NCBI RefSeq assembly: GCF_009914755.1 | Contig: NC_060940.1 | Strand: one strand, 5' to 3' | Length of the DNA stretch: 64,000 bases | DNA from: the human T2T-CHM13v2.0 reference genome, Homo sapiens | Part shown: one piece after another, positions 17,030 through 34,663 of the stretch | How the letters are laid out: each line of letters starts with the position of its first letter | Position numbering within the stretch: position 1 is the stretch's first letter | Position numbers and translations under genes: made by a program | Notes under the pieces: generated by a model | What the model saw: the letters and a program-made list of their open reading frames with translations, nothing else | Told to the model about the DNA's origin: nothing | Database searches by the model: none

Positions 17030-17527
17030 TAACTGGGATTACAGGCGCCTGCCACCACGCTCGGCTAATTTTTGTATTTTTAGTAGAAACAGGGTTTCAC
17101 CATCTTGGCCAGGCTGGTCTCCAACTCCTGACCTCATGATCCACCTGCCTTGGCCTCCCAAAGTGCTGGGAATACAGGTGTGAGCCACTGCACCTGGCCA
17201 GTAGTTATCTTTTCTTTAAAGTTATTTACTTGTTTTTTAAATTGATGTATAACATTGGATGCATTTATTATATATCACATGGTAAAAGAATCCCTCTAAA
17301 TAATACTTCTCTCTTGGATTATATGAATCTTTGTCATTTAAATCTCAGCATAAGTAAAAAAAAAAAAAAATACAATGAAGAGATTACTTCATTCACAAAT
17401 AAGTATCAAATTTTAGTGCTTAAAAATTAACAAGGTGGGCTGGGCGTGGTGGCTCACGCCTGCAATCCCAGCACTTTGGGAAGCCGAGGTGGGTGGACCA
17501 CGAGATCAGGAGATTGAGACCATCCTA

Positions 17528-17905
<378 letters not shown>

Positions 17906-18352
17906 TTAACTATATATTCTTGAAAACATCTCAATTTTAAATGTTTCTTTCAAGATGGTGAATTAAACAGAGATAGCCCTTCAACAGGTTGAACTCAGCA
18001 TATGCTGAGTCTGAAATGGAAATGATGAAGTTAGAGAACCATACAACAATGGTAATGATTTCAGAAACATGGTGTTGAGCAGAACAAAGCAGACACAAAA
18101 GAGTACCTATGGCATGGCATGCATCTGTATACGCGAAATTCCAGAATAAGCAAGCTAACCTATGATAAGAAAGAGACTGGCTGGGAAGACTGAGAGTTCA
18201 CTTTCTGGGGTGACATAATAGTGTAGATCTTGGCTGGGCACGGTGGTTCACGCCTGTAATCCCAACGCTTTGGGAGGCCGAGGCGGGCGGATCACCTGAG
18301 GTCGGGAGTTCAAAACCAGCCTGACCAACATGGAGAAACCCTATCTCTACTA

Positions 18353-18700
<348 letters not shown>

Positions 18701-18717
18701 TCAAGAGATGGAGACTA

Positions 18718-18999
<282 letters not shown>

Positions 19000-19519
19000 C
19001 TACTCAGGAGGCTGAGGCAGGACAATTGCTTGAACCCCAGAAGCGGAGGTTGCAGTGAGCCGAGATCTTGCCACTGCACTCCAGCCTGGGCGACAGAGTG
19101 AGACTCTGTCTAAAAAAAAAAAAAAAAAAAAAAAAGTCATCAAACCAGATGACACAAATCAAATGACATTTCACTTTGTTTTGGTCCATTTTCTTTGTTA
19201 AAAACAAGAGTGCAGCGGGGCCATCTCGGCTCACTGCAACGTCCAGCTCCTGGGCCCAAGCGATCCTCCCACCTCAGCCTCTCCAGTAACTGGGATAACA
19301 GGTACGCACCACCAGGCCCGACTAATCTTTATTGGAATTTTTTGTAGAGATGGGGTTTCGCTATGATGCCCTGGCTAGTCTTCAACTCCTGGACTCAAGT
19401 GATCTGCCCACCTCGGCCCCCTAAAGTGCTGGGATTACAGGCCTGAGCTGTGTAATTTCATGCCACGTGATACAGCCCAGTAAAAAGGAAGAAACCCCAC
19501 GGGTCCAGCGTCTACTCAC

Positions 19520-19594
19520 AGAGATGCACTGATGGCTGATAAATTCCAGTAGGAGCCCAAAGAGGAGCCAAAAGAGCATCCACCGCACCCGCAT
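19520..19594 (-). CDS. NPIPB: Alternative NPIP first coding exon, signal-peptide-like (MRVRWMLFWLLFGLLLEFISHQCIS)
   Basis: ATG at 19594, 25 codons, donor gtgagt, phase 0. Resembles the MRLRW... N-terminus recalled from other NPIPB paralogs. Confidence 0.7.
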
Positions 19595-19650
19595 GTCCTG
19601 GTCCTTTCAGGGCGCCCTGAGGCGGCCAGGACAGAGGTGGAGGTGGCTTA

Positions 19651-19830
19651 GGGCAGGGGGGAGGGAAGGGGACGGGACCGGGGCCGGATCTGAGTTGGGG
19701 AGGGGGAGGGGAGGGGGAGGGGAAGGGGAGGGGAAGGGGGGAAGTAAGGGAAGGGAAAGGAGGAGAAGGGGGCTGTTGGGCACCTGGAGGAGGTGGAGGA
19801 GGAGGAGGAGAAGAAGAAAGGGGTCTGGGA
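19651..19830 (+). repeat. G/A-rich low-complexity tract, G-quadruplex-capable, in a GC-rich promoter-like region
   Basis: ggggagggggaggggagggggaggggaaggggaggggaagggggg followed by (gga)n. Confidence 0.8.
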
Positions 19831-20023
19831 AAGGATCCGGTTCAAATTAAGTTCTCAAGCGCTGGTGGAAGGTTTAGCTACAGGTCACGGAGAAGATCAG
19901 GGAAGCAACAGGACACGCGGGGCAAGGGAGCGTGAGGCTTAGGAGCAATCAGAGGGAGACAAAAAGGTTCTGCTATCCACCAAACCTTCTTCGGTCTGGG
20001 CCCTCCCTTACCAACCCTGGGGC

Positions 20024-20045
20024 TTTATACTCCCTCTCCACCAAT
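20024..20045 (-). promoter_or_regulatory. Candidate TATA box (TATAAA 20029-20024) with an adjacent CCAAT motif, upstream of the signal-peptide exon
   Basis: Motifs seen directly, about 430 nt upstream of ATG 19594. Function is inferred only. Confidence 0.35.
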
Positions 20046-20338
20046 CCCTGATGACCCCGGTGGTGCCTCACAATGGACAGTGCCTCACAATGGACAATGC
20101 CAAGTAGCGCCCGCATCATTCCAATGACCCCTCCCCCATCTCAGTCTCCCACACTCCTCCCAAAGACAGGTCCTCTCTGGAACCTTCACAAACCTGATTT
20201 CTGGTCCTCCCCAACCAGCTCCCTGTCCCTGCTTCTGGGCGCTCCTTCCTTCCTGAGCTCCCAGGGTTCCTCAAGGTCACTTATGGCGACAAAACATAAA
20301 AAACAAATGATGGCAGGATGGCAGGAAGAACCTCATAC

Positions 20339-20401
20339 CCAAGCAGAGTGCCAGGTTTTACAGCCTCCGCTCAGCCATTCATATCCTAAGCAACAAAACA
20401 T
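20339..20401 (-). CDS. NPIPB: Alternative NPIPA-type first coding exon ([21 protein letters not shown])
   Basis: ATG at 20401, 21 codons, donor gtatga, phase 0. Matches the recalled NPIPA1 N-terminus. Confidence 0.75.
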
Positions 20402-21458
20402 CAGCAGGGTGCGGAAGGTCCCGATAGTAAACCATCTCCATCACATCCATGTAGCCATCCGTCCATCAACCTGTATCTCAGGAACAAATGTAGATACATT
20501 CATTTTAAGCATGCCTGGTACATTTACAAAAATTAACCTGACTTATTTTGTTCCAGCAAATCTCAATATATTTGAGAGCAATCAAATCACACAGCATGTT
20601 TCTGATCATATAACTGTGCTAGAAGTCAATGATTAAAAGCTAATTCAAAATTATTATTTGCTTGGAAATTCAAAGTGCCCTTATAAGACATAAACATAAG
20701 AAAGAATCCAAAATGAAACAAGATTGCCTTTCAACTCAATGATGAGATCATAACATGGCAATAAAATGTCTCCCTCTGGCCTGGGAATTCCTCTTTGTGG
20801 CACAAGGTTGTGTGATCTCAAATCACCGCTAACCCACCTAGACATTTTAACATCCGAAACCGAGTGATGACGTCCTTATCTATATCATCTTACTGCCTGT
20901 GTGTGTGGACTTTAAATTCTGAACCCAAATGAGGGGGAGAAAACCAAGTTGACTTTCATGACTGAGCTCTCAGGGACGTCCAAGGAATCTGTGCATTTCA
21001 AGAAACAAAGTTCATCAGCTTCTCTCCTAAGGTATTTGCCCACAATACCCAGAGGGCTTGGCAGCATCATGTGTGATGGGTGGGGAGCTCCAAGCAGGTG
21101 GGCAGGACCCAGGGGCCTGGTGACCAGGACAGACCCCCACTGTCCATCAACTTTCCTGGCCCTGTCCTCTGCTAAACTTCCCACAGGCCTTCTGCCCGAT
21201 CACACAGAGTATGCCCAAACTCTCTCAGGCCTCTGGCAGCTGAAAACCACTGCTTTAAATCCCTTTACCATTTACTATGACATAAGGTTATTGTAAACAG
21301 GAAATATTCTATTGATGCTACAAATGGAAAGCCAATGCCTTTACCATAAATAGAAAAACAACCCTAAGAAGCAAGCAAAACAAAAACAAAACAGGGGCTG
21401 GGTGTGGTGGCTCACGCCTGTAATCCCAGCACTTTGGGAGGCCGAGGTGGGCGGATCA

Positions 21459-21688
<230 letters not shown>

Positions 21689-21792
21689 CTACAAACAAAC
21701 AAAAAACAGGGTTAACAAAAGTATGGAATTCAATTCTTTTTATATGCTGCAGCCATGTTCCTGCCCTAGATTTGGCTGGGCATGGTGGCTCA

Positions 21793-22147
<355 letters not shown>

Positions 22148-23399
22148 TTAGAGCAAAAGTGAATGGCAGAGAGTACTATAATGTCCATGAAGGGCTGCTA
22201 GAGTCACCGTGATCATAGCCCAAGCAGAGATAGGGAAAGGAAGATGTGAGCAGAGTTTGGGGTCTCGAACAATGGAGGTTATTCGTGCAGCCCAGGAAAG
22301 GCTCCCCAAAGCCAGGATCAACCTCCCTTGGAGGCGGTCCCTCATGGAGGCATGGTCAGGCACCTTAGATTTGAGAACAGCTATGTTGCTGCTGACCAGC
22401 TGTGTGACCCTGGGCTGGTTTCCTTCCACACAATGGGAGTGCCAATGGCTGCATGCATGCAAAGACCGTCTGAGGATAGGAGGAAGCAATCTGTTGAGCA
22501 CCCGTGTACCTGAGTGTCATCACCTCCCAAGGGCATCCTTCGTTCCAGAGCTGGCGCCTTGGAAGGCCCTTGGTCACTGAAGGCAGTGATGATGGTAACA
22601 GCAGTAAATCATCATTTACGGCTGATGAGGGAAGGCCAGGGGTAGGGCTCCTAGGTCCTGGATAAGAATGAGGGTCTGGGCACTCCTGGGGACAGCTGAG
22701 TGGTAGGACTCCTGGGTCCCCAGGGGGAAGGTCCATCTTCAGTGGCATTGGGCCTAGGCTGGGATGCTGAGTTATCCACTGGAGCATCAGCAGTACAGGC
22801 AGGCACAGAGGCAGTGGATCCATCGGAGGTGGCAGGTGTAGGATCGTCTGGTGAGCAAGTAGAGTCACCAAATCTGGCTGACCACTACCCCCACTACCCC
22901 CACTATCCCCACAGACGATGCCCTGTCCCTTGCCTCATGCTCCGGCAGGGTACAGGCTCGCACCTGGGGCCTCAAGGAGCATCTCTCTAAGACCTCTGTG
23001 TCCTGGTCATTGAATGGGCACTTGAGTCACCCAGGGCCATTGGAACAAAGAGGAAGAATCAGGCCCCACGATGTTTTGGGAGAGTGTTTAGCACAGGAAA
23101 ATGCGCAGAATACATGCACGACACGGGGGCACTGTCAGTGTGGGAGCAATGGTTTACAACCTCCAGCCCTAATCTGAGCACTCTCACCTGTGCAATCTGA
23201 AAGGAACAGGAGACTTGCAGGAAAGACAGTGCCTGGATTTAACTTAAAGGAACTAAAAATGTTGGAATTTTTACTCTTGATATCCTTCCAAATCAACTCT
23301 CTCAATGTTCCCATCCTCAAAACTATCATATGGGGTAACTGAGGCAGTCAGAGATTTACTGACTCAATGTCACTCAATTGATTCTGAGTTCACTGCTGA

Positions 23400-23486
23400 T
23401 TACATCCGACCAAACTGCTTTTTCTGAAGTCTACTCCGTTTAATCATGCTGGTGATGATTTTGTGCGGCTCTGGGACAAACTCCAC
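23400..23486 (-). pseudogene. ACSM1-derived terminal exon (VEFVPEPHKIITSMIKRSRLQKKQFGRM*) in NPIPB intron 1
   Basis: cttcagccag|GTG...ATG TAA. Aligns to the recalled ACSM1 C-terminus [28 protein letters not shown]. Confidence 0.82.
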
Positions 23487-24039
23487 CTGGCTGAAGATAA
23501 AGCAAATCTGCGGTGACTTAGTCCTCCTGTCATTTCCCATCAGTTCCCCACTCTCCTCCTCTGCCCCTCCACAGTCTCCCATGCAGGCTGACACCATATG
23601 ACGGCCTTAATGGAGTCCACCGAGTATTTCAGGTTCTCTCCTGGGCCACTTGAAAGTGGATGTACCCATGGGATTTGCTTTGACCCAGGAGATGTGAGTG
23701 GAAGTGAAGCGTGTCACCTCGAGGCAAAAGAGTTGGGAGCCATTGAGACGGGCCACTCTCTCCTTCATCTCTTAGAGCAGCTGACAGCTCCCATATGGAG
23801 GCTGCTCCTTTATTCTCGTGGCAGGATGAGGGCATGTGGGGCACAGGGCACAGGAGAGCCATGGAGGATGTGCAGCATGGGCAGGAAAAGAGCCTTCAGT
23901 GGTGTACATTTCCATAGTTTGGGGCTGTTTCTTACCTACAGTGATACCTAGCCCATCCTAGCAGGCATGCACCATCTACTCCACACTCTGTGATGCAGAC
24001 TAGCCTGCCGTCAGAACACGAACTGGTGGTCAGACACAG

Positions 24040-24240
24040 GTAGGTTTCAGTTCCAGCTCTGCCTCTTATTGACTGCAACCTCAGGCTTAACTTTCAGTCT
24101 CTGAGCCTCAGTTTCAACTCTGTAAAATGAGGTGGCTATACCATCTCAGGTTGCAGAGAGAATTAAATGAAATATAAGTGCATGTAGAGCATTGAACCCA
24201 GGGCCTGGCACACACAGTGAGTACACAATGTTAGCCAGGT
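24040..24240. mobile_element. MIR element
   Basis: ctctgagcctcagtttcaactctgtaaaatgagg...aattaaatga...gggcctggcacac. Confidence 0.75.
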
Positions 24241-24708
24241 AGCTTCATAATGCATACTGATTGTCAATATTCAGACAATGCAGTAAAGTGTTACCAAAAA
24301 TAAAAGTAAACTTATTTGCATATGTATTCTTTCAATCTTTATTTTTAAACAGGGTAAAACTATGCATATTCTTTCATAGCCAGTGTTTTTCTCTTCATAG
24401 TATATTGTTAAAATAATTTTACTTGGACCGGGTGCAGCGGCTCACACCTAAAGTCCCAGCACTTTGGGAGGCCGCGGTGGGCAGATCACGAGGTCAGGAG
24501 TTGACACGAGCCTGGCCAATATGGTGAAACCCCATCTCTACTAAGAATACAAAAATTAGCTGGGCATGGTGGCACACACCTGTAGTCCCAGCTACTCAGA
24601 GGCTGAGGCAGAGGAATTGCTTGAACCCGGGAGACGGAGGTTGCAGTGAGCCAAGATTGTGCCATTGCACTCCAGCCTGGGGGACAGAGTGAAACTCTGT
24701 CTCAAAAA

Positions 24709-24713
<5 letters not shown>

Positions 24714-24758
<45 letters not shown>
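24714..24758. repeat. (TG)n microsatellite after an Alu tail
   Basis: About 22 TG units read directly. Confidence 0.95.
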
Positions 24759-24760
<2 letters not shown>

Positions 24761-25041
24761 CTATATAAATCTCAAAAATAAAAGATCATTTTTGAGATTA
24801 TCATTTTAAAAGACAAGATAATGTTCAACTTAATGACTAATTTAATTATTACTATTGGACTTTTTGTAGACTAAACAGAGCATTCAAAACAAATGAAGGA
24901 GAATAAAAAATATGTATTACATGTTGTAAAATAAATGTGATGTGGTTAACTCTTTTATTCAAAGTTATAGAACATATATATGTACTATAGAATGTATTTC
25001 TTATTATGAGTCATGTTAAAAAGTAGTTTAGAAGCTGTTGA

Positions 25042-25305
<264 letters not shown>

Positions 25306-25673
25306 TGATCCACCAGCCTCAGCCTCCCAAAATGCTGGGATTACAGGCATGAGTCACCATGCCCAGCCTAAACTTGGCAAGATAATAAATCACCTTTTTA
25401 AGTGTCGTTGGGCACTTGTCTGGTTGTTTTTCTTTAGGTTACCATGCCAGCAATGATTCCTTTTGAGTTTCTGACAGAAGATAGTGGTTTTCATCCAAAT
25501 AAGTCAACTACTCTACCCCATCCCTAAGCCACTTGTATGGAAAGAAAAAGAGGAAGAAGCCAGTACTGTGACTGCGTAAGCTTCCCCCAGCATCACCCGC
25601 TATGAGATGTGTGGCAGCTGAGACCCGGGAACTGCTCAAGGGCACCAGGCCCCATCTGTCTGCACTCACTCAC

Positions 25674-25793
25674 CTTCCTCAGGTACTCGCATGGGCATGT
25701 CACTGACTTTACATGCTGCTGCAGCTCCTTGGTGAGCTGGCCCTGGTCATGGGACAGGAACTGTGGGGTCAGGACAATAGAGAGCTTCACCAT
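25674..25793 (-). CDS. NPIPB: NPIPB first coding exon ([40 protein letters not shown]), derived from the penultimate ACSM1-like exon
   Basis: 40 codons, donor gtgagt. Near-identical to recalled ACSM1 [43 protein letters not shown] sum 120+129+100+196+61+36+2466=3108 nt, i.e. 1035 aa. Confidence 0.92.
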
Positions 25794-28587
25794 TTGCAGA
25801 ATGAGAACAGGGGCTCATGATGAGTGCCAACCTATTAGATAATTTTAAAAAAAAAGTGTTGAATGAGTGGAAAAACAAGGTGATGTTTGAGTCTATAGTG
25901 GTCAAGGGCTTCAGAAAAGGACAGAACCAAGTTCAAATTCCTGTACTTTGAATTTCTACTTCATGCCATGCAAAATTACTTTACCCCTTTTAACCTCAGT
26001 TTTCTTCTGTGTGAAACAGGAACAATAGTTTCATTCGTCATTCAGTTTCTCTCAAGGTTTCACGAGATCATACCTATAAAACATCCAAGTCATTTAAATG
26101 TATCATCATTTCTGTCATAATTAGTGGGATCCATTTCACTATTATTGGATATACAGTTCTGTGCCTGAAACCTACAAAAAAAGAAAATGTTAAGTCTAAA
26201 AAGCATTAGTGATTTCTCATTTTTATATTACTAATTATAACCCTATTTAATCACACAAGGCCTTGTCCGTGGCAGGTGCTCAATAAACACTTGTCGAATC
26301 AATGCATGTGGGCTCCGGAGCCACACTGTTTAGATTCTATTCTGCCTCCACCACTTATCAGCTGTGTGATCTGGGTAAGATAATTCACCTCTTTATGTCT
26401 GCACTTCCCTCTCCATAAACTATATATAATGAGAATCCTTAGCTCATTCGGTTGTGGTGAGGGGTGAATGATTTGGCACACAGGAGGGGCTTGTTAACAT
26501 TAGCTGTGATGATCTCCTTCCAAATCTTCATTTTCAGAGCCACAGATGAGGCCACAGTGCAACCAGGTGACCTTAGAGTGTAAGTACACATGATCGCCAG
26601 CTATGCTCTATCTCCACCATAGGTCCAAGACTGGGTAGTTCTGGCCTGGAGGTTTCTGCTACATCTGCCTTCTCAGTGTTCACCTAAGGACTTTTGTATT
26701 TTCCTCCTCGCATCCCCACAGATGGGGTTCAGGCTGCCGGACACAGCTGGGTGATGCCAGGGCAGTGGTCACCTGTGCCAGCCCCGTGAGGTAGCTGGAG
26801 GATCATTGTTCCTTCCTTCTCGGGCTCTGGGCAGATGCCAGGGCTGGGGTGACCCATGCCCTCAAGTTTCTTGCTTTGGTGGGCCACATTTTCCCTTGGC
26901 AAAGAGGGTAAAGGTCACAGGATGCCAGAGAGCTGTGACTTCTCTGTGCCCTGGGCCCAAACTATGAAGACCTGACACACTATGCTAAAAGTCCAAGGCT
27001 GGGTGCTCCCCAGAGCTTCTTGCCTCACCGCTTCTGCTGAGGGAGGAATGAATACTATGTCCTCCCAGAGCTTTGGGAGCTTGTAGCAAGCAGCCTCCCC
27101 AGCGCAAAATCTCTTGGAAACCTCTAACTGTGTCTGAAACATTAGTGCAAATGTTGCATCCTATTTCCCATATGTCCGCATGTTTTAGAAAAAAATCCTC
27201 AATTTCCTAAATATGCAAGAAAAATCGGTATTGTAGGACAATGTGACTTTTTAAAAAATGTTATTTAAAAATCTTCCCCACCTCCTTTTCTGCCCTCCAA
27301 GACTGCCAAATACTTGTTGAACATATATTATTAAATGCCTACTACATGCCAGCCATGATTCATGGTCTTGGGGACACAGCAGAGAACGAACTGACAGGAC
27401 TCCTCTCTTATGTAACTCACATTCTTATATGATAATGATAAGGGTTAACATTAATTAAGCTGTCACTGCATGTTAGTCACGGTGCAGTCATTCCCACACA
27501 TTATTACACTTAAACCTGCCAGCAAGCTTGCAAGGTAGTTGTTTTTCCTTTAAAAACTGAGTCTCGGAATGATGAAGCACTCTGTCCAATGTCACACAGC
27601 TAGTAAGTGTGGAGACCTTGCATCCAATCAATGCCCGTCTCATTCTAAAGGCCATGTTATGTGTTCTCCAGCCCATGGAGAATAATTTTAACACAGTCAA
27701 TGAAATTTCTACACAACAATGTTCTTGTCTCAAGTCCAAGAATGCCTCCTACACCTCCTATAATACTGGCTTTCTGGTGAGTAAAGATGCCATTCTCATG
27801 TGTAATCAGGTGGCAAATGGAGATATGACCAAAGTAACCATCTGCCTACACTCATAACCCTGTACACACTCTTCCTGTGTCGATTCAATTCAAGTACCCC
27901 TTTTGATCACTTAGCAAATCTGACCTTTAAAAGGGTTAGGGTTTTTATATCCATGTAAGTTTCTGTATTGCTTTGGAAGTCTCTGGTTAAATTAATACTC
28001 TTTTAATAGTGACCTGTGATTCTGTTTTGATCAAGTGTTTTCAAACTTGACGTCTTTGATGGGTTTCTCCAGTGTCAAAATCCTAAATCAAGTCTTTTTG
28101 GCTTAAAACTAACTTTGGGATTTTTTTCAGCTGCATCCCTTGGGGAGTCTAAAGAATGTATCTCTCATCTTGTAGAGGTATTAAGTGATTCGATTTATTT
28201 GGTAGATTAAATGGGCAGGCATTGTCAAATGTGGCGATACTGCATGGGAGGGCACTGTCAAGTGAGGTGACATTAGATCTCATCTCAGTTATATTTATGG
28301 GTATGTTGTTGATATGCGTGTTCCAAAAATTGCATACATTTATACAAATTTAATATGATTTGTAATTTTGATAGTTATGCTAAATATTTGCTAAAGTTAT
28401 ATTTGTATAAACATGTCACGAATGGCTGGGCACCGTCACTCATGCCTGTAATCCCAGCACTTTGGGAGACAAAGGCACGTGGATCACCTGAGGTCGGGAG
28501 TTCCAGACCAGCCTAATAGAGTGAAACCCTGTCTCCACTAAAAATACAAAAATTAGCCATGCCTGGTGGCACATGCCTGTAATCTCA

Positions 28588-28719
<132 letters not shown>

Positions 28720-28872
28720 TTATTATTTCTGAAGATTGTATGAAATTCATAAAAGTCTGCTGGCCCTGATATGATGCTGTCAGTCATGATTCTGATTACT
28801 GTCTTAAAATGCTGCACATAAGTAATTAAATTTCCTTGTGAACTGGGAAGTTTCATCAGACTTTTATCATAA

Positions 28873-29118
<246 letters not shown>

Positions 29119-29385
29119 TAATTTTTTGTATTTTTAGTAGAGACAGGGTTTCACTGTGTTAGCCAGGATGGTCTCAATCTCCTGATCTCGTGATCTCCGC
29201 GCCTCGGCCTCCCAAAGTGCTGGGATTACAGGTGTGAGCCACCGTGCCCAGCCTAATTTTTGCATTTTTAGTAGAGAGGAGGTTTCACCATGTTGGCCAG
29301 GGTGGTCTCAATCTCCTGACCTTGTAATCCGCCTGCCTCAGCCTCCCAAAGTGCTGGGATTACAGGCGTGAGCCACTGCAACTGA

Positions 29386-29631
<246 letters not shown>

Positions 29632-30260
29632 TGATCCACTCTCATTGGCCTTCCAAGGTGCTGGGATTATAGGCGTGAGCCACCACAACTGGCTCAGTAA
29701 ATACATTTTTTATTATCAAAAAAGAGTAGTGTATGGTTGGCGTATTCTGTGTAGAATGTATTTTATTGATGTCTCCTATTTTTATAATTTCTGAGTTAAG
29801 TACTTTTTAATTAATGCTTTTTAGTTTTGGGCAGATTCAGTTGACTAAAGCACCTCATTTCCCAGATACATGAAATAAAATATTTGGCTTCTTTTCCAAT
29901 TTCACACTGATGTTATTTTGTGAAAATCAGTGCTTTAAGATAAATCGTTATACGTTAAGATAAACATGAGAAACTTGATCTAATATTTAATATTTATTCA
30001 GTTCTACACTTTATTAACTTCTACACCAGCAGATTTAGACATTATGTAACCATCTCAAGAAGTTTCACTTGGATGTAATGCTTCACGCTTGTAATCCCAG
30101 CACTTTAGGAGGCTGAGGTGGGAGGACTGCTTAAGGCAAGGAGCCTGAGACCAGCCTGGGCAATACAGCAAGATCCCATCTCTATTTTAAAGAAAAGTTT
30201 CACTTTGGGAGGCCAAGGCGGGTGGATCACAAGGTCAGGAGATCGAGACCATCCTGGCTA

Positions 30261-30518
<258 letters not shown>

Positions 30519-31120
30519 TCATCTTCCACAGATTTCAAGTTGTGAAGCCCTGAACTGTTAATTTATCTTGAGAATGTATATTTAAGCTTAATTTAAGACT
30601 ATATACCTAAAAATTGAGCATATAATTTCTATAATTTGTTTATGTAAGTTTCTGTAAGTCATAAGTATGTGGTTTCCAAGTGTATAATTTATCTGAATGT
30701 AATAGGCATTAATATATTTTACATTACTGGGACCATAGTACAGAAATTTCTAAATGGTTTGTAAAATAACTTGTTATTTGTGTTGTTGTAAAAGCAGTTA
30801 ATACAATGGAAAAACTCGTAATAAGAAGATACAGTTTAACATCAAAAAGTTTACCCAAGGTAATTATGAGTACTACCTGGCAAAACTTCACGGAAGCTGT
30901 GGTATCACTTTTATGATGGAAGAATGGTGTTTGCATTTTGTGTAAAAGTACTTGCGGCTGGGCGTGGTGGCTCATGTCCCAGTGCTTTGGGAGGCGAAGG
31001 CAGGTGGATCATCTGAGCCCAGGAGTTTGAGACCAGCCTAGGCAACGTGGCAAGAGCCTGTCTCTCCAAAACCTACAAAATTTAGCCAAGCTTGGTGGTG
31101 TGAGCCTGTAGTCCCAGCTA

Positions 31121-31576
<456 letters not shown>

Positions 31577-31660
31577 TTACTTGTAATTAAAAATCATGCA
31601 TCATTCACAATTTATATCTTTTTTGTTTGTACAAAAATGAACACAAGTTATTCTCTTTTA

Positions 31661-32047
<387 letters not shown>

Positions 32048-32553
32048 TTAACTTTGGTATTTCAGGTTGTATTTAAATGGAGACTTAACATGAACTATGT
32101 TCATAACACTTGACCAAATTAAGTGTAGATCGTCTCTTTAATAAAGAGATCATCTGGAACTGCAATTTCTAACTCATACATCATTGCTACAAACCTTATT
32201 TGTTTACTATTTCTCTTCCAAGGACCATCAGTCATCCTTTAAAATTCATTTCAAGCTCTGAAAAGATATTTTTTGTTACATGGGCAATTTACTTTTAGTA
32301 CAGTAAAATGTTATGTGAATTTCTACAGTATGTTTGCCAAAATGAATTATATCTAGAATACGCTTAACAATATATTCTGGAGGCAGCTTTCATTTGAAAT
32401 TAGGTTCACCTTCTGAGAGTATGAAAAAGTTAATGGGTTTTTGTGCCTGAAGATTTTGATGTTGCATTTGGCTACATTTAATCCACTTTCACCCATAAGT
32501 TTTAACATCTAAAAAAATTAAATCACTGCTAATGCAATTAAAATGCATTATGA

Positions 32554-33040
<487 letters not shown>

Positions 33041-33278
33041 TAGAATGAGGCATGTTGACACCTCCCCTTCCCATCATGGCCTAAGCTGGTCTTTTCAGTT
33101 TACTTTGGAATGTCCTTGCTCAACAGGAAGGGTCCATTCAGTCGGATTGGGTGGCTTAGAATTTTATTTTTGGTTTACATCTCAACTATCACAGCAGCCG
33201 GGCGCGGTGGCTTCACAGCTGTAATCCCAGCACATTGGGAGGCTGAGGCAGGGGTATCACCTGAGGTCTGGAGTTCTA

Positions 33279-33551
<273 letters not shown>

Positions 33552-34301
33552 TTAAACTGGTTAATGCAGAAAGGAAGTCTGGAAATTCCAGTTTTAAAGT
33601 AAAATTTTGGACATTGTAGGATTGATTATTTGGCATAGTTGTGATGTTTGTTCCTGCGTTATGGTTTTGTTGGCAGGGCAGCCTTTAAGGACCTGTATAT
33701 TTTCTTCTAGACTCTATATATTCCCTGTGAGTATTAGTTGTATGGTCAAACTGGCAAATTTTACCATAGGTATAAATAATAGAGAATGTGGAAGAATAGT
33801 GAATAGTGTCAGAGATAGTTAAAAGTCCATACAATAGTAGAGAAGGTAATAAGTAATAGTGGCTTGGACTAAATATTTGTTGAATAAATGTTTTAAAAAA
33901 CAGGCTACCTACAATTTGTGTTGAAGATATGAATGAATGAAGTTTCCACACCTTTATGTGGAGACCTGATAAGTAAGCAACAATAAGGAAGGGTCCCCAG
34001 GTTGGGGAGAGCCCCAAGTTGAGAACAATAATGAACAATTATTGTATGAACAATTGTTAGAAACAGCTAATCACAAACAACCTGCGGGCACAATGACCTC
34101 ATTCCACACGTAGCACCCTTCAGCAGGACCCTATAAAACTTTCCTCCAGCCCTTGCCTCTTTGCAGGTAGCCCCTTCTCTGCTGAGCTGCCCACTGCAAC
34201 ATATTTTCACAATTTCTCTAATAAATCTGCCCTTCTTTACCTACAACTATCTTGGTAAATGGCTTTACCACCTGCAAAACTGACCCTAGGTTGTTGCTAC
34301 C

Positions 34302-34663
34302 CGATATGGTTTGGCTGCATCCCCACCCAAATTTCATCTTGAATTGTAGTTCCCATAATCCCCATGTGTCGTGGGAGGGACCCGGTAGGAGGTAATCGAA
34401 TCATGGGGGCAGGTTTTTCCCATACTGTTCTCGTGATAGTGAATACATCTCACTAAATCTGATGGTTTTATAAAGGGCAGTTTCCCTGCACGTGCTCTCT
34501 TGCCTGCTGCCATGGAAGACATACCTTTTTGCTCCTTGCCTTCCACCATGATTCTGAGGCCTCTCCAGCCTTGTGGAACTGTGAGTACATTAAACCTCTT
34601 TTTCTTTATAAATTACCCAGTTTCCAGTATTTCTTCATAGCAGTATGAAAAGTAACTAATACA
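34302..34663 (+). mobile_element. THE1-family MaLR solo LTR inserted in an older ERV-type LTR (~33957-34676)
   Basis: gatatggtttggctg...actaataca termini; 5-bp TSD CTACC at 34297-34301 and 34664-34668. Confidence 0.88.

Noticed and set aside
20073-20636. 187-aa plus-strand ORF
   Set aside because: No recognisable domain; antisense to the NPIPA-type exon and ends in L1-like sequence.
26990-27040. Possible further upstream ACSM exon (GCTCTGGGGAGCACCCAGCC resembles the EHPA codons)
   Set aside because: Match too short, no consistent frame or splice sites; may be chance.
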